NCBI GenBank assembly: GCA_963734545.1
Contig: CAVTHO010000005.1
Span: 128,001 to 192,000 of the forward strand
Origin: an uncultured Spirochaetota bacterium
Lineage (GTDB): Bacteria > Spirochaetota > Spirochaetia > SZUA-6 > Fen-1364
Direction of reading: 5' to 3'
DNA: 64,000 nucleotides
Shown piece after piece: positions 57,483 to 64,000 of this stretch. The position numbers and the translations under genes were made by a program. Within the stretch, counting starts at the first letter, position 1. Each line of letters opens with the position of its first letter. Under the pieces are notes generated by a model. The model did no database searches. It was not told where the DNA came from and worked only from the letters and a program-made list of their open reading frames with translations.

Positions 57483-58834
57483 GAGATACCTCCCTCTTTT
57501 GCCCGGCGGACGAGCAGGCACAGCCCCTCGCGGCCGACGATCTCCACTCTTTCCCCGGCGCGTATCGGGCCCTCGTCGGAACGCGCGCTCCACTGCTCTC
57601 CCGAAGACTGGACCAGCCCCTCCGGCGCGATGTCGGTGACCGCCACCCCCCTGCTGCCGGCAAGGGCCTCGACGCCGAACGAGATCCGCCTGGCCTGGGC
57701 AAGGATTCCCTTGCCAAGGACAAATACGAAGAATGCCACCACGAGAACGGTCATGATCACGATTGTCACGACCGAGACATGCACCCCCGCCAGCGGCGGC
57801 ATTCCCGGCACTGCCGCGGCCCGGGCCTGGGCCCGTCCCGGCGGAAACAACAGGAACGAACCGAGCACGAACGCCACGACGCCCCCCGCGGTGAGAAGCC
57901 CGTGCGTCGGGGTCTTGAGATCCACGATGAAGAGCACGATCGCCAGGAGGATGAAAACGATCCCCCCGACGCTGGTCGGCAGGTTGCCGAAAGAGATGAA
58001 AGCCATGAGAAGCGCGATGGCCCCCGCGACGCCGGGCGCTATCGCGCCGGGAGAAGAGATCTCGAAGATGACGCCGAAGATGCCCAGCACGAGAAGAATG
58101 TAGGCGATGTCGGGATTGACGAGAAAGCCGAGAAACCGGTCTATGAAATTCGTGCGGAAGCGCCTGACCTCTGCGGCGGCGCTGTGAATGACGAGCGGCC
58201 CTGCCTGCGTCGTCACGGTGCGGCCCTCCACCGCGGAAAGCAGGTCTCCAAGGTCACGCGCGGAAAAGTCCACGACACGCTGCGACACGGCCTGGCTTTC
58301 CGTGAGGGAAATGCTGCGGCGCACCGCCTGGTCCGCCCACGCCCGGTCCCTGCCTCGGAGCTCGGCGAGCGCCTTGAGCTTTGCCGCGGCGTCATTGAGG
58401 ACCTTCTCCCCCATGGCGCCGCTGATGTCTCCGCCGCCGGCATCCACCGGGTGAGCGGCCCCGATGTGCGTGCCCGGCGCCATGGCCGCCACGTGCGCCG
58501 CCATGGCGATGAAGACACCCGCTGAGGCTGCGCGCGCCCCCGGCGGCCACACGTACACCGCCACGGGAACGGGGGACGAAAGGATCCTGTCCACGATCTG
58601 GTCCATGGACACACTGAGACCGCCGGGGGTGTCCAGCTCGATCACGGCAAGCTGCGCCCCTTCCTGCCGCGCCCTGTCCAGCCCCCGCTGCACATAGCGG
58701 GCCGAGATCGGATCAATGGGCCCCGAGAGGGTGAGGACCGTCACGACCCGATTCTGCGCAAATCCAGCCGCGCCGGTCGCCAGGAGCGACACGGCGGCAA
58801 GGAAGAGGGCAATCGGGAGGGAGCGGCACTTCAT
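57479..58834 (-). CDS. nfeD: NfeD long-form membrane-bound serine protease
   Basis: LDTPGG, ARAASAG, MAPGTHIGAAHPV, C-terminal OB fold GEQWSA; coupled to SPFH gene. Confidence 0.93.
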   Translation of the reverse strand: MKCRSLPIALFLAAVSLLATGAAGFAQNRVVTVLTLSGPIDPISARYVQRGLDRARQEGAQLAVIELDTPGGLSVSMDQIVDRILSSPVPVAVYVWPPGARAASAGVFIAMAAHVAAMAPGTHIGAAHPVDAGGGDISGAMGEKVLNDAAAKLKALAELRGRDRAWADQAVRRSISLTESQAVSQRVVDFSARDLGDLLSAVEGRTVTTQAGPLVIHSAAAEVRRFRTNFIDRFLGFLVNPDIAYILLVLGIFGVIFEISSPGAIAPGVAGAIALLMAFISFGNLPTSVGGIVFILLAIVLFIVDLKTPTHGLLTAGGVVAFVLGSFLLFPPGRAQARAAAVPGMPPLAGVHVSVVTIVIMTVLVVAFFVFVLGKGILAQARRISFGVEALAGSRGVAVTDIAPEGLVQSSGEQWSARSDEGPIRAGERVEIVGREGLCLLVRRAKEGGIS

Positions 58835-59048
58835 GGGATTCGTGGACCTTGCGGCGAGTATATCCCGAATCATTCCCTGAATCCAGCCCGCGCACTGTAC
58901 TCAGTGCATTTCGCGCACGCGCATCGGACGCGTCATGCCGTCCCGGATTCCCTCCGATACTCTAAGGCAGGGAGGCCGAGGGCGAGCGAGCCCAGGGACG
59001 GGCAAAAGCGAGCCCATAGGCAAAGGAAGCAGTCACGGAGGAGCACGC

Positions 59049-59279
59049 ATGAGCGAAAAGAGCCCGCAGTCGATGTTGAAATGGATCGGCAAGACCTATG
59101 ACATGTCCCCGTCTGCGCTGGCGCGCATGTTCCAGAGGAATGCACGCACCGTTACGGCATGGCTGAAGGAAGGCCGCATCACGCCGGCAAACGGGACAAA
59201 GATCCGGTCCGCCTTCTACTACCTGAACAACAGGCCGGATCCGCGCAACCCGCGGCGCTCCGGCATCGACATGATCTAG
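59049..59279 (+). CDS. Small HTH-like protein (76 aa)
   Basis: GGAGGAG RBS; MSPSALARMFQRNARTVTAWLKEG resembles a Cro/XRE helix-turn-helix. Confidence 0.7.
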   Translation: MSEKSPQSMLKWIGKTYDMSPSALARMFQRNARTVTAWLKEGRITPANGTKIRSAFYYLNNRPDPRNPRRSGIDMI

Positions 59280-59287
59280 CCGCCGGC

Positions 59288-60250
59288 ATGAGCTCTCCCC
59301 CGGGCAACCCGCGCTCCCGGCGCGGGGCCGCGACCATCGTCAGCTTTGGAGAGGTCCTCTGGGACCTGCTGCCCACCGGCCCGCTCCTCGGCGGGGCGCC
59401 GTTCAATTTCGCGTTTCGGGCATCCACCCTCGGGCATCGTGCCGTCATCGCGAGCAGACTGGGACGTGACGACAGGGGGCAGGAGGCGTTTGCGCGGATC
59501 GCCGCGCTCGGCATGGAAACAGGGTGGATCCAGTGGGACGACACTGCCCCCACAGGCACCGTAACCGTCCGGTTCGACGAGAAGGGAAACCACGATTTCA
59601 CGATCATTGCGGACGTGGCCTATGATCACATTGCCGCCTCTGAGAAGCTGCTCCGACTCGGGGCCCGGGCAGACTGTCTCTGCTTCGGCACGCTTGCCCG
59701 GCGGAGCCCGACCTCCCGCGCCGCGCTGGACATGCTCCTGGAGGCTTTCGAGGGGAGGCTCGCCCTCCTTGACCTCAATCTCCGCAAGGACTGCTGGACC
59801 GACGCGGAAGTGATCTCTTCCATCGCAAGCGCCGACGTGCTGAAGCTGAACGACCAGGAGCTCCTGACCGTCGATCGTATTTTCAGCCTGCCGGGCGGCA
59901 CGATCACGGAGAAGGCCCTTGCCCTGGTGAAGATGACCAACCTGCGCTGCACGGTGGTCACGCTCGGCGAGGGGGGCGCGTGCGCCGTGTCGCGCGACGG
60001 GGAAGCGGTCTATGAGCCGGCGTACGTCGTGGCGCCCGTGGACACGATCGGATCAGGAGACGCTTTCACCGCTGGTTTCATCCACGCGCTGCTCGCGGAC
60101 CGGCCCCTGTCTGATGCATGCAGGCTCGGAAACGCCCTGGGCGCCCTGGTAACGGGACAGAGGGGCGCCACAGAGCCCCTTTCCCCGGACCAGCTCGCCA
60201 CCCTGCTTTCCCGCGGGGAGCGCAGGCCCGCTGACCCTCGTTTCGCATAG
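59288..60250 (+). CDS. PfkB family carbohydrate kinase (fructokinase-like)
   Basis: FGEVLWD..GGAPFN, DLNLR, LKLN, VTLGEGG, DTIGSGDAF. Confidence 0.94.
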   Translation: MSSPPGNPRSRRGAATIVSFGEVLWDLLPTGPLLGGAPFNFAFRASTLGHRAVIASRLGRDDRGQEAFARIAALGMETGWIQWDDTAPTGTVTVRFDEKGNHDFTIIADVAYDHIAASEKLLRLGARADCLCFGTLARRSPTSRAALDMLLEAFEGRLALLDLNLRKDCWTDAEVISSIASADVLKLNDQELLTVDRIFSLPGGTITEKALALVKMTNLRCTVVTLGEGGACAVSRDGEAVYEPAYVVAPVDTIGSGDAFTAGFIHALLADRPLSDACRLGNALGALVTGQRGATEPLSPDQLATLLSRGERRPADPRFA

Positions 60251-60286
60251 CGGCTCGCTTTTGCGGTCCTCGGAACCGGGTTCCAC

Positions 60287-61295
60287 TCAGCGGCGGGGAT
60301 GATCGACGAGGTACTGGTCGAGGTATTTCGAGACCAGCTCGAATGAGTTCCTGTCGTACATCTTGCCCACCAGACCGGAAAAGGTCTTGTTCAGCAGATC
60401 GTCCCATTGCAGTTCCGCCTCGGGAGTGACCTGGTTGATTTTCAGGCCGTACTTTTTCATGACGTCGATCGCCTGGCTGTCCGCCTTTACGAGATCCGGC
60501 GCAAGGGAGTCGAATATCTTCTGCGCCGCATCCATCAACTTCGGCTTCAGCTCATCCGGGAACCTCGGCCCATGTTTTCGCGCTGACGATGGTCGCTCCC
60601 CAGAGCGGCCCGAGCTTCAGCGTGTACATGTTCGTGGCGATGCCAAACCACTGGCTGGAGGCTGCCACGAGCGGGCTCGTGGCAAAGGCGTCCACCATCC
60701 CGCCCTGCAGCGAGGTCATCAGGTCCGTCGAGGCGATTGTCACGGTCTGGAAGCCGGCGCTCTGATAGGCCTGGATTTCATCCGGGTCCCCGCTCCACAC
60801 CCAGAGTTTCTGCTTGCGCAGGTCATCCGGGCGCAGAACCGGATGCCGGGAGAATATGTAGACCCAGCCGCCCATGGACCAGCCGACCGATTTGAACCCT
60901 CGCTTCTGCAGCTCAGCGTCGAAGAGCGGCTTCATCCTGTCCAGCACGTAGGAAAGCTCATCGTCACTGCGAAGGAGCAGCGGATACGAGAGCGTCTTGG
61001 CGCCCTTGAAGATGCCCTGCAGACCGCTCACCGTGATTGCCGCCGCGTTCAGCGCGCCGATCCGCATCTTGCGCACCATGTCGGATTCGTCACCGGCGAT
61101 GCCTCCCGAGTAGATCTTCACCGTGATCCTGCCGCCGGAAAGCTTCTCCCACTCCCCCGCCATGCGCTTGAGGCCGATGTCCCAGGGCGAAGCGACGGGC
61201 GCAAGGCTGCCGAGCTTGATCGTGAGCCCGGAAAGCGCGCCCGCAACAAAGACCATCAGGAAGACAGTCGCGATGCGGATAAATCCTCGTCTCAT
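60287..61295 (-). CDS. TRAP substrate-binding protein DctP (TatP type); frameshift near 60560
   Basis: IKLGSLAPVASPW, GGIAGDESDMVRKMRIG, LMTSLQGGMVDA. Confidence 0.9.
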
Positions 61296-62218
61296 GTGCC
61301 GGCCCCTTCGATAAAGTAGTCGTCGATATGATCCAGCATCCAGCGCGCCCTCCGCTGGTTGATGATATTGACCAGCCGGTCCGGCACGTCGGCGTTCACG
61401 TCCACGGCGAGCGCCTTGCCCAGCAGGTCCCGATACTCGTCGGCATTCTGATTCTTCACGCACACCGAGGTGGCGAGCGCGAGGTAGGGTCCGACGCGCA
61501 GGCCCCGGGACAAAGACAGGGCGCGCGCAAAATGCTCGCGCGCCCTGCTTTCGCTTCCGCCAAGGTCGGCGGGGGCTGATCCGTAATACGTGATGAAGAT
61601 TTCGTGCACGGCGCCCGCGCCGTACGCGTCGTCCCAGTCCTGCACCTGCTGCAGCAGAGCGATGGCCCGGGGCAGGGTCACGATCTGCGCAAAATCGAAT
61701 GGATCGGCGCTGAACGCCGCCATCCAGGCGGCGCTCGCCCAGTACAGGTAGTCCACGTCCTCCCGACGTGTGAGACGCAGCGCTGCGGCCGGCCCGTCAT
61801 TCTCCAGGGCGGCGCGAAAGCCCGGACGCCGGAGCTCAAGCCCGCGCAGGACGTATTCGCGCGCACGGAGGTAGAGTTTCTTGGCTCTGAGGCGCATCGC
61901 CTTCTGCTCGTCCACGTTTTCGACGGGCATCTGGTCCGCCGGCGCCTGGACGAACGCGAACGCGTAGCTGACGAAGCTCCGTCCGGTGGCCAGCGCCAGC
62001 GCCGCGTTGTTCGGATCCGCCTCCAGGAGCGCCTCGTACGTCTTCATGGCAAAGGGAAGCGCGTCCCGCACGAGCTCAGGATCGTCGTCCCCGGAAAAGG
62101 TGGTGCTTTCCCCGCTTTGGGAAAGGAATCCGGCAACGGCTCGAACTGCCAGCGTCGAGCAGGAGGACAGGAGCAGCAGGGCGGCAAGGAGAGCGGGGGA
62201 GAGAAGACGCCGAAACAT
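61292..62218 (-). CDS. TRAP transporter TatT component lipoprotein
   Basis: Lipobox LSSC; DDDPELVRDALPFAMKTYEALL, YLRAREY, LGGS..AREHF.RAL. Confidence 0.9.
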   Translation of the reverse strand: MFRRLLSPALLAALLLLSSCSTLAVRAVAGFLSQSGESTTFSGDDDPELVRDALPFAMKTYEALLEADPNNAALALATGRSFVSYAFAFVQAPADQMPVENVDEQKAMRLRAKKLYLRAREYVLRGLELRRPGFRAALENDGPAAALRLTRREDVDYLYWASAAWMAAFSADPFDFAQIVTLPRAIALLQQVQDWDDAYGAGAVHEIFITYYGSAPADLGGSESRAREHFARALSLSRGLRVGPYLALATSVCVKNQNADEYRDLLGKALAVDVNADVPDRLVNIINQRRARWMLDHIDDYFIEGAGT

Positions 62219-62340
62219 GATCTACATCCTCACCCGCATAATATACGGATGCGGGCGGGTCTGCCTATGCTCTGCCGGCACTCCCGTCGCCGGGCCGGGA
62301 TTGACGCGGGGCGGCAAACGTCCATAGATTCAGGCTGGTC

Positions 62341-63018
62341 ATGCCAGTCCGCTACCGCTGCATCCTCATTGATCACGACGACACGGCGGTCGACAGCACC
62401 GCGGTCATCCACTACCCCGCGCACCTGGACGCGCTGCGCACGCTTCGCCCCGGGTACCCTCCTCCTTCCATCGAGCAGTGGCTGGTGCGGAACTTCCACG
62501 GCATCATGGAATACCTCGTGGGCGAGCTCCACCTGACAGAAGCGGAGCTTCGGGCCGAATTCGAGATCTGGCGCAGTTGGACCACCAGCAGGGTGCCGCC
62601 GTTCTTTCCCGGCTTCCTCGAGCTGCTGGCCGACTACCGCAGGGAGGGCGGTCGTGTGGCGGTGATATCACATTCGGAGAAAGACATCATCGAGAGGCAT
62701 TACCGCGCGGCGCAGGATCCGCCCTTTCTGCCGGACCTGATCTTCGGCTGGGATCACGCCGAGGAAAAGCGCAAGCCCAGCCCGTGGCCGGTGCGGGAAG
62801 CGCTGCGGGAGTTCGGCTGCTCCCCCTCGGATGCCCTCATCGTTGATGACCTGAAGCCGGGCGTCCTGATGTCCCGTGCCACGGGTGTCCCTTTTGCCGC
62901 GGCGGGCTGGAGTCACCGGGTCGCGGAAATCGAGAGATACATGCGCGCGCACAGCGTGGCCTACTGCCGGCGGGTAGAGGACCTGCGCTCCCTTCTCCTT
63001 GACGGCACGTCGCCTTGA
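62341..63018 (+). CDS. HAD family hydrolase
   Basis: DHDDT motif I, ISHS, KPSPWP, VDDLKPG. Confidence 0.88.
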   Translation: MPVRYRCILIDHDDTAVDSTAVIHYPAHLDALRTLRPGYPPPSIEQWLVRNFHGIMEYLVGELHLTEAELRAEFEIWRSWTTSRVPPFFPGFLELLADYRREGGRVAVISHSEKDIIERHYRAAQDPPFLPDLIFGWDHAEEKRKPSPWPVREALREFGCSPSDALIVDDLKPGVLMSRATGVPFAAAGWSHRVAEIERYMRAHSVAYCRRVEDLRSLLLDGTSP

Positions 63019-63063
63019 GGACTGCCCGGAATCCGACTATACTTATCTACGATCCATGAAGCC

Positions 63064-64000
63064 ATGAAGCGCGATACCCTGAAGTTGCTCCGCACCAACG
63101 AAACTCTCGCCAATATCAAGGATTTGGACTCCCTGCTGGAGAATGTCCTCACCGAAGCGCGCCATTTCCTGAACGCTGACGCCGGGACCATCTATCTGGC
63201 GGCTCGCGGCTTCCTGTATTTCAGCTTCGTGCAGAATGACACCCTCTTCCGGGGAGAGACAAAGGACAAGTACATCCCCAGCGGCGCCTTCATACCCGTG
63301 GACAAGACCTCGCTCGCGGGCTACGTGGCCAAGACGGGAGAGACGATCCTCATCGATGACGTCTATCACATCCAGAATGATCTCTCCATCACGTTCAACC
63401 CCGTCTTTGACCAGAAAACCAACTACCGCACGACCTCGATCCTTGGCGTCCCCCTGAAGACCCGGGAGGACGAAATAGTCGGCGTGCTGCAGCTCATCAA
63501 TGCGAAGAACGAAGCGGGAGAAGTGGTGGCCTTCTCCATGCAGGACAAGCTGTTCATCTCCAATTTCGCCTTGAACGCGGCGGACGCCATCGAACGGGCG
63601 CGGTTGTCCCGGGAGATGGTCCTGCGCATGGTGGAGCTCGCGGAGCTGCGCGACCCGTATGAAACCAGCGAGCATGCCAAGCGTGTGGGAGCCTACGCGG
63701 TCGAGCTCTACGAGAAATGGGCCACCCGGCGCAGCGTCTCCATACGGGAGATCAAGAAGGTGCGTGACGTGCTGCGCACCGCGGCGATCCTTCACGACGT
63801 GGGGAAAGTCGCGGTCAGCGACGTGATACTCAAGAAAGCCGGCCAGCTCACCTACGACGAAAAGATGCTCATGCGCAAGCACACGATCCACGGGGCCCGG
63901 CTCTTCAAGAGGACCACTTCCTTCTGGGACTACATGTCGGCGGAGGTCGCGCTGAATCACCATGAGAACTGGGACGGAAGCGGCTACCCGGGCAAGATCG
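63064..64000 (+). CDS. GAF + HD-GYP phosphodiesterase, truncated at the window edge (absent from the ORF track)
   Basis: Own translation: MKRDTLKLL..NADAGTIYL..SLAGYVA..GVLQLINA..ETSEH..LHDVGK..HHENWDGSGYPG. Confidence 0.92.
   Translation, partial: MKRDTLKLLRTNETLANIKDLDSLLENVLTEARHFLNADAGTIYLAARGFLYFSFVQNDTLFRGETKDKYIPSGAFIPVDKTSLAGYVAKTGETILIDDVYHIQNDLSITFNPVFDQKTNYRTTSILGVPLKTREDEIVGVLQLINAKNEAGEVVAFSMQDKLFISNFALNAADAIERARLSREMVLRMVELAELRDPYETSEHAKRVGAYAVELYEKWATRRSVSIREIKKVRDVLRTAAILHDVGKVAVSDVILKKAGQLTYDEKMLMRKHTIHGARLFKRTTSFWDYMSAEVALNHHENWDGSGYPGKI

Noticed and set aside
58960-59045. c-di-GMP-I riboswitch
   Set aside because: Has GGCAAA-like words but lacks the GCAAAC..GAAA..GACGCAAAGC arrangement
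1-64000. Mobile elements, prophage, tRNA or rRNA
   Set aside because: No transposase, integrase or phage motifs, terminal repeats or RNA-gene signatures were seen

Overview
GC-rich bacterial chromosomal window, most likely a member of the Spirochaetia (TatT/TatP TRAP pair, short ParC-type topoisomerase IV, many lipoproteins). About 60 genes are present; no rRNA, tRNA, CRISPR array or transposase was seen. Many conserved genes (rhaB, phoB, phoR, pstA, folD, SPFH, DctP, ABC ATPase) carry 1-nt frameshifts, best read as long-read indel errors; these create false fusions in the ORF track (PhoR-PstS, PstA-PstB). Housekeeping content: ddl, parE/parC, folD, phoBR-pstSCAB-phoU-sixA-CYTH, nfeD/SPFH, namA, argE-like. 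The strongest candidate for an undescribed system is a translationally coupled 4-gene operon (21023-25723). In it, a signal-peptide/TM protein ends in nine Ala-Cys-(His)-Xaa repeats ([40 protein letters not shown]) and is followed directly by a radical SAM/SPASM enzyme with a PqqD/RRE-like N-terminus. A second candidate is a locus (45099-51899) where an unknown domain occurs once alone and once fused to HU, next to a phosphatase, a Ser/Thr kinase and two degenerate-FHA proteins. Regulatory DNA seen directly: Pho-box-like 11-bp-phased repeats at three loci, a triple 15-bp-phased TetR operator, and several apparently leaderless promoters.
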